Of a DNA stretch of 64,000 bases, positions 12,830 to 31,597 are shown piece after piece. A model generated the notes under the pieces. The model made no database searches. It was given only the letters and a program-made list of their open reading frames with translations, and was not told the DNA's origin. Location: assembly GCF_009914755.1 (NCBI RefSeq), contig NC_060941.1. One strand, given 5' to 3'. The position numbers and the translations under genes were made by a program. Source of the stretch: the human T2T-CHM13v2.0 reference genome, Homo sapiens. The number at the start of each line of letters is the position of its first letter. Within the stretch, counting starts at the first letter, position 1.

Positions 12830-13850
12830 TATATTACTAAATATGTAGGTACCCTTATAAAATATGTGATGGGGTTTGCATGTCTATCTGTTCTGTATTT
12901 ACATACACAGAACTTTCATATATCTCATTTGTTTCTGATCTTTTTCACTCAACAAGAAATTTTTTAGAGCTATTTGTATTGCTATTTGTTACAATGGATT
13001 GTTACATTGCTATTTGTTTATCTGGTTTGTTGCTATGAACTGCTGCACGGTATTCAATGGTGTGTATCCATCACAGTTTATTTCCCCTAATAATGAACTC
13101 AGGTTGTTGCCAACAACTATCACAATTAACATGACGACTGATGTCCTCATCGTGTTCCCATGTGGACCTAGGTGAGAATTTCTCTTGAAACTGTATCCAG
13201 GCCAGGTATGGTGGCTCAGGCCTGTAATCCCAACACCTTGGGAAGCTGGAGTTGGGAGGATCACTTGAGGCCAGGAGTTCAAGGCTGCAGTGAACTATGA
13301 TCGCACCACAGCATTCCAGCCTGGGCAACAGCAAGACCCTTTCTCAACTCAAAAAAAAAAAAAAAAAAAAAAAGGAATGAAAGAAAAGAAAAGAGAAACG
13401 AAGGAAAGGAGGGAGGAAGGAAAGGAGGGAGGAAGGAAGGAAGGAAGGAAGGTAGGAAGGAAGGAAACTATATCCCCGAATGGTATTGCTCATTCGCAGA
13501 GTATTGCCATACCTAATTCCACTCAGGACTGCCAGACTGTTTTCCAGAATGGCTCTGCCAGTTCACACTCCCACCAGCAGTATACGAGGGTTCTCTTTTT
13601 GGCTTTGTCGCTTGATATTATTAACATCGCAATTGTTGCCAAGCTGATGCCATATCCTTGTTCTTTTATTTTGCATTTCTGGCTAACAGTGGGTTTGAAC
13701 ATTTCTTCATCGATTTATTAATCATTTGGGTTTCCTCCTGCATGAATTGCCTTTTCATATCCTTTACCAGTTTTTCTATTGGCTTTCCTGAATTCACTTT
13801 GTTGATAAGCCAGAATTTCCTGTATGTTCTACTTGTTCAGAAAACGAGAC
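12830..13850 (-). mobile_element. Old L1 3'-region fossil, interrupted by an Alu monomer and (GGAA)n
   Basis: gactgttttccagaatggctctgccagttcacactcccaccagcagtatacgagggtt is typical of reverse L1 ORF2 C-terminus. Confidence 0.65.
13200..13466 (+). mobile_element. Alu monomer (FLAM/FAM-like) with poly-A and (GGAA)n tail
   Basis: Single Alu arm, A run, then ggaa repeats. Confidence 0.8.
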
Positions 13851-14075
13851 CTTTTGAAAGTTAAAAAATATATACATGTTGTTAACTCCAAAAAAATTAA
13901 TAGAAGCTCTGAAACATAAAATTTAGAAAATCTTCCAGGAAAAAAAAAAGACATAGGTTTTTTTTTTTTAAATGATAAAAGTTAAATTGGGAGAAATTAT
14001 TTTTTCTCTGGTCTCATGCTACTGAATATATTTCCCACTAGGGAAACTAGACAATCTCCAGACTCCCTTTCTCTC

Positions 14076-14389
14076 TTTTTTTTCTTTCTTTCTTTTTTTT
14101 TTTTGAGACAGAGTTTCCTTCTTGTTGCCCAGGCTAGAGTGCGGTGGCCGCGATCTCGGCTCACTGCAACCTCCGCCTCCCGGGTTCAAGTGATTCTTCT
14201 GCCTCAGCCGCCTGAGTAGCTGGGATTACAGGCACTCACCACCACACCCAGCTAATTTTTGTATTTTTAGCAGAGATGGGGTTTCACCATGTTGGCCAGG
14301 CTCGTCTCGAACTCCTGACCTCAAGTGATCCGCACGCTTCGGCCTCCCAAAGCGCTGGGATTACAGGCATGAGCCACCGCGCCCCGCCC
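14076..14389 (-). mobile_element. Alu (AluS-like)
   Basis: Reverse Alu; TSD ccagactccctt. Confidence 0.92.
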
Positions 14390-14779
14390 AGACTCCCCTT
14401 CTTAACCCACTCTTCCTCAGGGGAGGAAACTGACTGATTGGCATGCTTGGCTCCGCCCCTTGGGGGGGCTCCCTTTGGTGTCTTTCTGCCCACAAGAAGC
14501 ACACCTTGTATTCTACTCTCTGCCAGGCGGCACAGAGCTGCTCCTGCTTTGCCCTCCTCTGCCTGTGACTGGGTGGATACATCTGCTTAATTATTGGATG
14601 AACTAATTACAAGGTTTTTTGATCTAAGGCTTTAAGTCAAATCCTCCTTGTTGCTTATCAGTAATTATGCTAACATTTTGATATCCGCTCATCTGTCTAC
14701 TGTGTCTTGGCTCTCAATTGATTTCAAACTTAAGAGGAAAAGATAGGGTTCTTTTTTTTATTAGCCCCATAAAACCTCC

Positions 14780-15300
14780 CCAAATAACACAAACAATATG
14801 TTCAAAGAACCAACATCCAATTAATAGAAGTTCTAGAAGATAAATAAGAGGAAGAAAAGGAAGAAAAAGATGAAAGAAAGAATACAAGGCTGGTACTTAG
14901 AATTAAAAAGGATAAGTCTCCAGATTTAGGTATTCTAGTAATAGCCCAGCCGAGCACATTCATTCAAAAATGACCCAAAGCGTGTCACCATGAAATTTCA
15001 GAATACCAGGGATAAACAGAAAATTCCAAAAACTACCAGGGGTGGGAGTAAATCACCTACAAAGAAACAAGAATCAGAATGGATTTCATTTTTCAGCTGT
15101 TATATTGAACACGAAGAGACAACAGGATGATGCCTTCAAACTTCCAAGGAAAATTTTTTTCAACCTAGAATTGTAGACTCAAATGATCCATGGCACGAGA
15201 GGGGAGGCTACAGAACTGTCAGATATTCCAGTTCTCAGACTATTTATCTCCTACTCCCATGTGAGGAATTACCCCAGAAAGTGAGGAAATTATCCAAAAA
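14780..15300 (+). mobile_element. Old L1 ORF1 fossil
   Basis: catgaaatttcagaataccagggataaacagaaaatt...atcacctacaaagaaacaagaatcagaatgg...tttcaacctagaatt. Confidence 0.65.
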
Positions 15301-15478
15301 CAACACATGTAGAAGAACATCTCAGTATAAGCCTTTTTCATTATTAGGAAAGAAAATCTTATTCAGCTTTTTCTGTATTTTTTGCCTACAGGCTGACTTT
15401 TTTTCTTATAATGCAAACTGGTGAAATTCCAGAACCTGGCCTTGGAAATGCAAGTCACCATAAAGAACATGAGTTTAA

Positions 15479-15775
15479 GGTCTGGGCATGGTGGCTCTCG
15501 CCTGTAATCCCAGCACTTTGGGAGGCCAAGGCGGGCAGATCACCTGAGGTGGGGAATTCAAGATCAGCCTGACCAACATGGAGAAATCCTGTCTCTACTA
15601 AAAATACAAAATTAGCTGGGTGTGGTGGTGGGTGCCTGTAATCCCAGCTACTCAGGAAGCTGAGCCAGGAGAATCGCTTGAACCCGGGAGGCAGAGGTTG
15701 CGGTGAGCCAAGATTGCGCCATTGCACTCCAGCTTGGGCAACAAGAGCGAAACTCGGTCTTTAAAAAAAAAAAAA
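15479..15775 (+). mobile_element. Alu (AluSp-like) with long TSD
   Basis: TSD aaagaacatgagtttaagg on both sides. Confidence 0.93.
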
Positions 15776-15910
15776 GAACATGAGTTTAAGGAAGCAGTAG
15801 AGACTCTCCTATGATAAGCCGTCAAAGTGAGAACGTTTACTAACTCCCCATCTTGTTCTCTCATGTACTGTGGAAACCTAGGTGGGCACTTATAATTCCT
15901 GCTGACTTTC

Positions 15911-16207
<297 letters not shown>

Positions 16208-16425
16208 TTAGCGAAACATCAGGAGTTCAGTCTAAGTCCTGCGGCTTTGCTGCACACAGAAAGCCAATCACTGAGATGATGAGTAGTGCCAAGGAAGAAG
16301 GCTTTAAATCAGGTGCTGCAGCCAAAGAGATGGCAGCTGTCTCAAATCCATCTCCTGGACTGACTAAAACCAGGGGTTATATAGCAGGGAAGAAATGTAA
16401 CAATGTGTCAGAAAACAGGAACTAG

Positions 16426-16746
<321 letters not shown>

Positions 16747-16782
16747 TGAGGAAGGAACTCAAATCAAACAAATATAAGTTTC

Positions 16783-17080
<298 letters not shown>

Positions 17081-17704
17081 CATATATATATATATGAGTT
17101 TCAAGCTTTAACGGCAGAAGGGTCAAGTTCTATGTTTATCCAAAACTGTCTGTGGAACTATAGGGCCGGTTTAAAAATCAGAAGAGGGGCACTGGCCCTT
17201 TCCTCTTCTCCTATGGGCATGATGGAATAACTGGGATTTGTAAGTCTGCTAGAATAACACTTAGCAAATAATTCGAATTAAGTTAACACTCAAGACACTG
17301 ACTGTGGCTAAGAACGCCACAAAGGAAGTCCTCCTGAGAAAGAAGAATCTTATTTTAGAGAGTTTTTATTTTAAGAAATAGAAAACTGCCCTAAGGAAAA
17401 CATTGCAAGATTAGAATAACTGGCATATCTCCAGTAAAAGCAAAAGAAACTATGCAAGAAGAGAAATGTTATGACAATAGAGTACTAGGTTCTGCAGGAC
17501 ATAACATTTACATAGACATGTAATGTGAACGTTTCATTTTCGTTTTTTTACTAAAGATGCTGATGTAACTGCATTTGGAAGACAGCAGTGGCTAAGAGCT
17601 AATCCTCATCTTGGGAAATAAGCAGTAGAATATTAATAAATCCCCTCTCCACTTTGTCCAATGGTCACCTGGCATTGGGAGGGATCTAGTTCGAGGAAAG
17701 CTGA

Positions 17705-18036
<332 letters not shown>

Positions 18037-18059
18037 CTGTCCCTGTATTCTAAAGGATG

Positions 18060-18510
18060 TTAGCAAGAACCCTCGGAAGCCCAACCACAGGAGAGGCGTG
18101 GACTTAGCAGCAACCATTGTAAACATCGGCTGTGGGAAGCAGAGGAGAGGGGAACCCGGGAGAGCCAGTTTTCGGGGTGAAACAAGCAGGTGGCTGGTGA
18201 AGCCACTCATCGGCCAAGGAGCCCGTGGGAGAGCTGGTTGCCAGCAGGGCAAGGAGTCGCGGAGTTTTGTTTGGGACATGGGTTTCTTGTGCTGTTGGTG
18301 CATTCGGGTGGAGCTGGCTAGAAGGCAGTTGGACATAGATGGGCCGGAGACTGGGAACCAACAAAGGCAATCAAAGCCAGGGAAGCGGAGAGAAGGGTCT
18401 AGAACAGAGCCTGAAAAACACCCACATGGACCTGGAAAGGAGAAGGGGAAGGTGCAGCCAGAGAGGCAAGAGGAAGACAAGGAGGGCGTCATCCAGTCCA
18501 GGATGAATAC
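18060..18510 (-). mobile_element. L2 fragment
   Basis: gagttttgtttgggacatg...gtggagctggctagaaggcagttggacata resembles reverse L2. Confidence 0.55.
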
Positions 18511-18529
18511 CTGAGCCTGTGTATTTCCC

Positions 18530-19055
18530 TGTGATGGTTACTACTGAGTGTCAACTTGACTGGATTGAAGGATGCAAAGTATTGTTCCTGGGTGTGTCTG
18601 TGAGGGTGTTGCCAAAGGAGATTAACATTTGAGTCAGTGGACAGGGAGAGGCAGCCTGCCCTCAACCTGGGTGAGCACTGTCTAATCAGCTCCCATCTCA
18701 GGTAGGATAAATGTAGGCAGAGGAACATGGAAGGACTAGACTGGCTGAGTCTTCCGGCCTCCATCTGTGCCCCGTGCTGGAACATCGGACTCCAAGTTCT
18801 TCAGCTTTTGGACTCTTGGACCAGTGGTTTGCCAGGGGCCCTCAGGCCTTCGGCCAAAGACTGAAGGCTGCATTGTCAGCTTCCCTACTTTGGAGATTTG
18901 GGGACTTAGACTGGCTTCCTTGCTTCTCAGCTTGCAGACACCCTATTGTGGGACTTCTCTTTATGTTCGTGTGAGTCAATACTCCTTGATAAACTCCCTT
19001 TCATATATACATCTATCCTATTAGTATGTCCCTCTAGAGAACCCTGACTAATACA
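18530..19055 (+). mobile_element. MLT2A (HERV-L) solo LTR, full length
   Basis: Starts tgtgatggttactactgagtgtcaacttgactggattgaagg, ends gagaaccctgactaataca; 5 bp TSD ttccc/ttctc. Confidence 0.88.
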
Positions 19056-19550
19056 TTCTCTCCACACAACTTCCCAATATGTTCCCTATTATTACAGTAG
19101 TAATAATTCAATAGAGAAAATATTCATATAACTATTGGAAATTAAGAAAAGATTTCCCTCACATGCCACAAACTCTGAGGCATCTCTGCAAGGTGCAGTG
19201 TGGATAAGGGTGAGCGAAGGGCAGAACAGCCCGGGACTCTGTTGTGGAGGGAGGCAGAAGGAGCCCTATGTGTGGAACAAACAGGACCCCCAGGGAATGC
19301 CACAAATATCCCTACCCTGTTCAGGTGGCGTGAGCGGGGGACAGGGCTATTTGGGGTGCCAAGTTCAATGGTATTGAGGTCTGCAAGAAGTGCCTCAGAT
19401 GCCAGGTCCAGAGTGAGCCGAGGCCTCTGCAGTACTGTGGCTCCCCTTAGCAGGGCACACTCTAAAGAAGGCAGAAGTGCTACAAGCTTGGCTGCAAACT
19501 ACAAGAGCAAAATGTCATAGAGGACAAGTCGCTGCCCCAGCTCCCTCTTA

Positions 19551-20054
<504 letters not shown>

Positions 20055-20181
20055 TCATCTAGAAACTGGCCTCTAGTTTCTGAAACAAACACAACACCAT
20101 TCATTAGCTCATGCTCATCAGAAAGTATCAGGGGCCTTCACTGCTCCAAGCATCAGCAGCAACTCATAACACTCACACTTC

Positions 20182-20512
<331 letters not shown>

Positions 20513-20654
20513 TCATATTCTCTTAGTTCCCCCAAATAAAGCCAGGGCGTTTTTTCCCCTCTGATAATAAGCATCCCGTAATTGTGTTTCCTTTTTCATT
20601 TTAGCTTCCAGGAATCTCAGAGTGAAACCAGACACTACACGTTAACAACTTTGT

Positions 20655-20969
<315 letters not shown>

Positions 20970-21178
20970 CTAACTGGAGTTCTCTGAGGGCCAAGGACCT
21001 CAGAATTACCTTGCTCAAAGCCTGAAAGAGCCAACCCTAGCTAAGGTGAAAGGTGTTCCTGCTCAGCAACCCACAGTCTCTGGGAAGACTGGAAGAGATC
21101 TTCAAGAGTTCCTGTAACCTTGCAGTGTGAAAGCAAAGCGTGAGTAATCCAAGGGAAAGTCCTGTGCGACCCCAGAAG

Positions 21179-22188
21179 TGTGGGCAGCAAGCCACCCAGG
21201 CGCTGAGGCAAGAGACCGAGGACACGAGCTGTTCCAGTATAATAAAATATAAAACAAGAATAGTTATACCAGATATAGATCTTAGATATGATTATATATG
21301 AATATCAATAATCATTAGTTTGTAGCAATTACTCTTTATTCCAATATTATAATAATCCTTGCTCTATAATCATAACCTAGGAAAAACCAGGCCATACAGA
21401 GATAGGAGCTGAGGGGACACAGTGAGAAGTGACCAGAAGATAAGAGTGCAAGCCTTCTGTTATGCCCAGACAGGGCCACCAGAGGGTTCCTTGGTCTAGC
21501 GGTGATGCCAGCGTCTGGGAAGACACCCGTTGCCAGGCGGACCGTGGTCTAGCGGTAGCAAAAAGTGTCAAGGAACAACACCCGCTACTTAGCAGACCGG
21601 GAAAGGGAGGCTCCCTTTCCCCGGGGGAGTTTAGAGAAGACTCTGCTCCGCCATCTCTTGTGGAGGGCCTGACATTAGTCAGGCCCGCCCGCAGTTATCC
21701 GGAGGCCTAACCAGAGTCTCCCTGTGATGCTGTGCTTCAGTGGTCACGCTCCTAGTCCGCCTTCATGTTCCATCCTGTACACCTGGCTCTGCCTTCTAGA
21801 TAGCAGTAGTCAATTAGTGAAAGTACTAAAAGTCTCTGACGTGCAGAAATAATGGCATAAGCTGTCTTTCTCTCTGTCTCCTCTCCCTCTCTGCCTCGGC
21901 TGCCAGGCAGGGAAGGGCCCCCTGTCCAGTGGACACGTGACCCACGTGACCTTACCTATCATTGGAGATGACTCATACTCTTTACCCTGCCCCTTTTGCT
22001 TCGTATCCAATAAATAACAGCGCAGCCAGACATTCGGGGCCACTACCAGTCTCCACGCATTGGTGGTAGTGGTCCCCCGGGCCCAGCTGTCTTTTCTTTT
22101 ATCTCTTTGTCTTGTGTCTTTATTTCTACACTCTCTTGTCACCGCACACGGGGAGAGACCCACAGACCCTGTGGGGCTGGTCCCTACA
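21179..22188 (+). mobile_element. LTR13-type solo LTR (HERV-K HML-4 group)
   Basis: TG...CA termini (tgtgggcagcaagccacccagg...ggggctggtccctaca), ~1010 bp, internal aataaa, perfect 5 bp TSD agaag. Confidence 0.85.
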
Positions 22189-22362
22189 AGAAGGAAAAAG
22201 GTTGAGCCAAAGGAACCCACCCAGGAGGTGGACAGGTGGAGACCACTGTAGGAGCTGAAAAGAATGCATTTCCCCCATAAGGTCATCCACACAAGTCAAT
22301 CATAAATGCCTGGTAGAGTTGGATCCTGCTCACACTGAATAAATGGTAAAGAATTCTGTGTT

Positions 22363-22989
22363 GTTGGTGGGACTGTAAACTAGTTCAACCATTGTGGAAG
22401 TCAGTGTGGCGATTCCTCAGGGATCTAGAACTAGAAATACCATTTGACCCAGCCATCCCATTACTGGGTATATACCCAAAGGACTATAAATCATGCTGCT
22501 ATAAAGACACATGCACACGTATGTTTATAGCGGCATTATTCACAATAGCAAAGACTTGGAACCAGCCTAAATGTCCAACAATGATAGACTGGATTAAGAA
22601 AATGTGGCACATATACACCATGGAATACTATGCAGCCATAAAAAATGATGAGTTCATGTCCTTTGTAGGGACATGGATGAAACTGGAAACCATCATTCTC
22701 AGCAAACTATCGCAAGTACAAAAAACCAAACACGGCATGTTCTCACTCATAGGTGGGAATTGAACAATGAGAACACATGGACACAGGAAGGGGAACATCA
22801 CACTCCGGGGACTGTTGTGGGGTGGGGGGAGGGGGGAGGGATAGCATTAGGAGATATACCTAATGCTAAATGACGAGTTAAGGGGTGCAGCACACCAACA
22901 TGGCACATGTATACACATGTAACAAACCTGCATGTTGTGCACATGTACCCTAAAACTTAAAGTATAATAATAATAAAATGTTAAAAAAA
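22363..22989 (+). mobile_element. 5'-truncated primate L1 (L1PA3/4-like): ORF2 C-terminus, 3'UTR and poly-A
   Basis: ORF 22392-22763 is the L1 ORF2p C-terminus (WKSVWRFLRDLELEIPFDPAIPLLGIYPK...LIGGN); G-rich 3'UTR; perfect 15 bp TSD aaagaattctgtgtt. Confidence 0.95.
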
Positions 22990-23833
22990 AAAGAATTCTG
23001 TGTTCACCCCAGCAGGAAAGTGAAGGAACTTAGTTGCAACCATAGTGGTGGTTCAGTATTCCAACTATTCAGGTCAACCAAAAAAAAATATATGGAATAT
23101 GGAAAAATATAGAACCCAAGAAATATGGGCTGTGAGTTCAATCCCATCTGGAGAGCATGGATTTAGCAACTAGAACGGGATAGAGAGCTTCTCCCTGTGG
23201 CTCCAGGAAAATTATACTAGTGACGAGCAGCCCGGACCGCATACATTCAGTGTCAGAACTCTGTCCAGCAAGCAGCCCCAGGCAACGCCTGGCAACCCCA
23301 GGGGATACAGAATGCGAATGCTTTTCCCTCAAGAAAGTGTATTCCAGACCTAGGAAGGTTTGAAACTAAATATATAGGCAACAAAGTAAATCCAACATGT
23401 AGTATTAATACATTTGTGCCAAATTTAAGATAATCTATATTTGGTATTATAATGTGTAAGAAAATTCAGCATACTAAAAGATTTGAAATTAGCCTGTGAT
23501 AGCAAATTAAAATACAAAATGAAGTACTTGATTTTAGACTCGTGCTTTCTTTTTCAGTTGAAATGTATGAAATAATTTGATTAGGTTTGTAAACAATGTT
23601 GGAATGTTGAAGAGTCCTTGAGATTCCTTATGAATATTAATTTGCCTTATTTACTTAGTTTTTGATTGTTAAAATCAAATCCTTAAAATACACCAAATGT
23701 GTAAACTCAGTTTAAAAATGTTTCTAGGCATTTAACTGCATTGTGAATGAAGCTGATTATTTAAGAGAGTTTCGTGTCTTTGACTTTCATTATTATGCAA
23801 TAATCAGTGAGAAGGTAAAGTCGGTGGCTCTTA

Positions 23834-24182
<349 letters not shown>

Positions 24183-24919
24183 TTACAAGAAGTTTAAGGA
24201 AAAATTAGATTTAAAATGTACTTTAACAAACTGACAATTTCTTTAAGGAAACAAAATGATAAACAGTTCATTCAGTACACAAATACCAGCATGAACATGA
24301 AAAGCTCTCCTTGACTTTAGGGTCCACATGCCAAATGGCAGGGTCCAAGGCAGGCCACCGGAGACAGCGCCCCACCCATGCCAAGACCACCTGCAGCAGC
24401 GCCACCCCGGACCCCCCTTTCACCAGGCAAGTGGACAGGGCAAACATGGACAGGCCCCCGGCACCAGTCTGAGAGGCCCAGAGGCTAAGAGGGTGGGCTT
24501 CATGCCCCGGCTACCCGTGTCCCCACATCAGGAGACTGTGTGCACCCCCACCACACCCCTCTCCTCTTTCCTCCTTGCTCTGTTTTTCTCCACAGCACTC
24601 ATCGCCATTTGATAATGAATGTTATGTATTTCGGTTATTATCTTTCTGCACATACAGCCAGGCATGGAGACTTAGGCTCACTCAGTCCTAAATCCCCAGC
24701 ACCTAGAAAGGTACCTGTGCTTGGTCTGTCCCCATAAATCTGTGTTGCATGAAGGCACTGATGGCCTCAGCTCCTGCTTTGTGCCCCTCTCCCTGTCTGG
24801 ACTGCCAGCTCCCTGACCTCAGGAACTACCTTACTCACCACTCAATGTCCAAGCCCAGCACCAACCCAGAAAAAAAAAAGAGTCAGACGCATGTAAAAGT
24901 GACTCCCTGTGGGAAGCCA

Positions 24920-25116
24920 GGCAGGGCCTTCAGAATCAAACGTGATCTTGAATTCTGGTTCTGCCACTTACCAGCCATAAGGGAACCTTGGATAAGTGAC
25001 TCAAGGTTTCTGATATTCAGTTTCTTCAGCTGGAAATGGGTATAATAATACCTGCCTCACTCGGTTCTTGTTGGTATTAAACAGGTTAATGTAAGGCAAA
25101 GTGTCTAACACTGAGC
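24920..25116 (+). mobile_element. MIR
   Basis: ctggttctgccacttaccagc...ttcagtttcttcagctggaaatgggtataataatacctgcctca. Confidence 0.75.
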
Positions 25117-25230
25117 CTTTTTTTTTTTTTTTTTTTTTTTTTTGTATAAGCAAAGCCCTCACATTGTAGGTGCTCAGTGAAAATCAATTCCTTAACTCTC
25201 ATGGTAGGTACTCAAAGAAAATCAATTACT

Positions 25231-25623
<393 letters not shown>

Positions 25624-26597
25624 TTATATTTACTCCCCTGGGGAATGACAGGAGTCAATATGGGCGGGCTGGAGAACCTGGCACCTGAGCCCCAGAGGAA
25701 GGCCCCAGCTTCCTGCAGCTCGGGCTGGCGGATGGGAGCAGAAGCATCAGTTCCTGGTTGGGAATTTGGAGACACCAACAATTTGGGGAACTTCAAAAGC
25801 AGGAAGCAAAAAAGATGTGAGAGAAAGGGGAAACACCAACCCTCCTAGACAGCCCCCCTCCCCACCCCCAATCACAAAAATGCGGAGCCCAGGAGAGCCA
25901 ACTCCTGGGAAGGGACGAATTCCCAGTTCCTACCCCGGCCCATCTCCAGCCTGGTCCAGAACTCAGTCCTGAACCCAGCTCCCGGCTCCCACACCTCCAT
26001 CAGCCCCAACCCCACTAGCAGCCTGTCCCAGGCCCAATTCTAACAAAGACAAGGGGTGGGACCCTGGAGAAAGTGGGGTTCCCCAAATCACGAGAGAATT
26101 CCCTGGCCTCTCTGCCATCTGTTTCCACTTCCCCTGGTCTCTGTCTTCCTGTGTTTATCTGCCTCATTCCGTACTTCGGCTGTTCCCTCCTCCACAGGCT
26201 CTCTCTCTGCCTGTCTCTGGCTCATTCACTCACATATTACACAGCAGGTATGTGCTGGGGAAGAGGGAGCAGGCCAGTGAGTGAAAGCAGAGGAGGCAGA
26301 GGATGGGGCCAGAGAGGGAGGCAGGGGCTGGATCACGGGGACCTCCAGGGCATGGAAGGCCGGAAGAGTTTTCTTCTCTGTGAAATAGGGAATTATTGAT
26401 GAGTTAAACAAGGCGACACATAGCCTGATTACATTTTTTAAAGTCACCTTCAGGCTGCTGTATGAGGATGAACCTTTAGGGGTGAGAGTTGGCAGGGGAT
26501 GTTGTTGCCAAAGTCCCAAAAGAGAGATGACGATGGTGTTTGGGACTGGAGGTGGCTGTGACAACAGTGAGAAGATGTCAGATTAAAAGCAGATCAT

Positions 26598-26933
<336 letters not shown>

Positions 26934-26936
26934 TCA

Positions 26937-27423
<487 letters not shown>

Positions 27424-27987
27424 AGGAACTAAAAAGAGCTCAATTTGGGATAGACGGTGTTTGTGTTTGAGGTCCCTGTTAGACCCTAAGGTGAGATGCC
27501 AGGGCAGAAGCTGAATAAACAATCCAGGCAGGAACACACACTCACACACATTGACCCCAATCCCATGAGCCCCATTGTCCTGAAGACACATCCCTGCTCC
27601 TGCCCAGCTGGTCCCTGACCCCTGACCCCTGGCTATGCTGGCCTCAGATCTGTGTCTCCTTCTCAAGTCATTGGCCCCCAGGGCCACTGTCCCTCCGTCT
27701 CCACTGGGTGCACTGGAAAGGCAGGGTGAGGTACAAGAAGCCCCATTTAAAACCATGAAATCAGCAGCTCAAACACCAGAAAGTCCCCAGCTTTTGCAAC
27801 AGCTCATAAGGACTGGTGTTTCCTGCGAGCAGTGACACCCTGCAGGTTTCTAAACTCTGCTTCTCTTTGTTTTGTAAAGCAGTGTTCTATCAGTCCCGGA
27901 AAGCCCCTGGAGTGGATCACGCCTCCCTAATCTACCGTGTTCTGCATTTATCTGCATCTGCAATGTTTGTTGTGGTCTTGTTGCTAG

Positions 27988-29271
<1,284 letters not shown>

Positions 29272-29460
29272 GAACCAAATGGTTTTCTGTCTTCTCGACA
29301 AGATCACAAGGTTCTTTGAAGCCAAGCACAACCAGAGGGTCCTGGGGGGTGGGGGTGGGGGGGCACCATATGCCCATAGCGTGGCAGCTCTTCCCTGTGC
29401 CAGAAGCACAGAAATGAAGGGACCCTGCCTTCAGGAACAGCACAGTTAGGAGGAAAATAA

Positions 29461-29768
29461 GGCTGGGCACGGTGGCTCATGCTTGTAATCCCAGCACCTT
29501 GGGAGGCTGAGGCGGGCAGATGGCGAGGTCAGGAGATCGAGACCAGCGTGGCCAACATGGTGAAACCCCGTCTCTACTAAAAATACAAAAAAGTTAATCG
29601 GGCATGGTGGCGCACACCTGTAGTCCCAGCTACTCTGGAGACTGAGGCAGGAGAATGGCTTGAACCCGGGAGGCTGAGTTAGCGGTGAGCCGAGATGACA
29701 CCATTGCACTCCAGCCTGGGCAACAAGAGCGAAACTCCATCTCAAAACATAAATAAATAAATAAATAA
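29461..29768 (+). mobile_element. Alu
   Basis: Dimer, (TAAA)n tail; TSD-like gaggaaaata. Confidence 0.92.
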
Positions 29769-30024
29769 GAGGAAAATATACAGGTTCACAAGTATGGAGT
29801 GAGTGGGACCCCAGAAATAAGGTGTCCAGGGAGGGTTTTCTGGAGAAATGGTGCCTCAGCCACCCCTGGAAGAGCCTCAGTCCAGAACCTCACCCTCCAG
29901 AGTTTCCACCTACACACCTGCCTGTCAAAAGACAGCAAACTCCAGGAGAGCCACTTGCCACAAGTATATAGGATCTAATATGTTTGTTTGTTTTCATATA
30001 AAATTAATTTCAAATTAAATATTC

Positions 30025-30168
30025 CTGGATGATGAGGAGTTACCGAATGGGTACAAGGTACATTTGTTTGGGTGATGGAGATTCTAAAAGCCCTGAGTTC
30101 ACCACTCCACAATCTATGCATGTCACAAAATTACACTTGTTTCCCATAAATTTATAAAAATAAATAAA
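30025..30168 (+). mobile_element. L1 (L1MA/PB-like) 3' end
   Basis: gggtgatggagattctaaaagccctgagttcaccactccacaatctatgcatgtcacaaaattacacttg...aataaa. Confidence 0.65.
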
Positions 30169-30171
30169 GCT

Positions 30172-31210
<1,039 letters not shown>

Positions 31211-31340
31211 TGTAAAAGGCAAAGTTTTAAAAATTACTGCAATCAGTATTAAACCTCATTTCATATTTCTAGTTTACTCTTTCGCCCTTAGGAAGTTGGG
31301 TTTTTTTCTTTTTTCTCTTATGTTCCCAACATCAGGATAG

Positions 31341-31359
31341 CAGCGCCACCGTGTGGTCA
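31341..31359 (-). promoter_or_regulatory. Candidate CTCF motif
   Basis: Minus strand TGACCACACGGTGGCGCTG vs consensus TGGCCACCAGGGGGCGCTA, in non-repeat sequence. Confidence 0.4.
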
Positions 31360-31420
31360 CAGCTGCAGGTGCCAGTCTGAAAGAAGAGAGACTCCCCTGC
31401 ACCCCAACTATTTTTTAATA

Positions 31421-31597
31421 CAGGTTGAGCGACCCTAATCCCAAAATCCAAAATCCGAAAGGCACCAAAATCCAAAATTTTCTGAGCCACAAGTGGAAAA
31501 TGTCACACCTGACCTCATGTGACAGGTTTCAGTCAAAATGCCATCGAAACTGTTTCATGCACAAAATCATTTAAGATAATATATAAAATTACCTTCA
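31421..31597 (+). mobile_element. Tigger4/Zombi-like (TcMar) DNA transposon, left part
   Basis: ta|caggttgagcgaccctaatcccaaaatccaaaatccgaaa terminus with TA target; truncated at an Alu fragment (31598-31720). Confidence 0.75.

Noticed and set aside
22392-22763. Intact-looking 123-aa ORF
   Set aside because: C-terminus of L1 ORF2p in a 5'-truncated insertion with no promoter or ATG start
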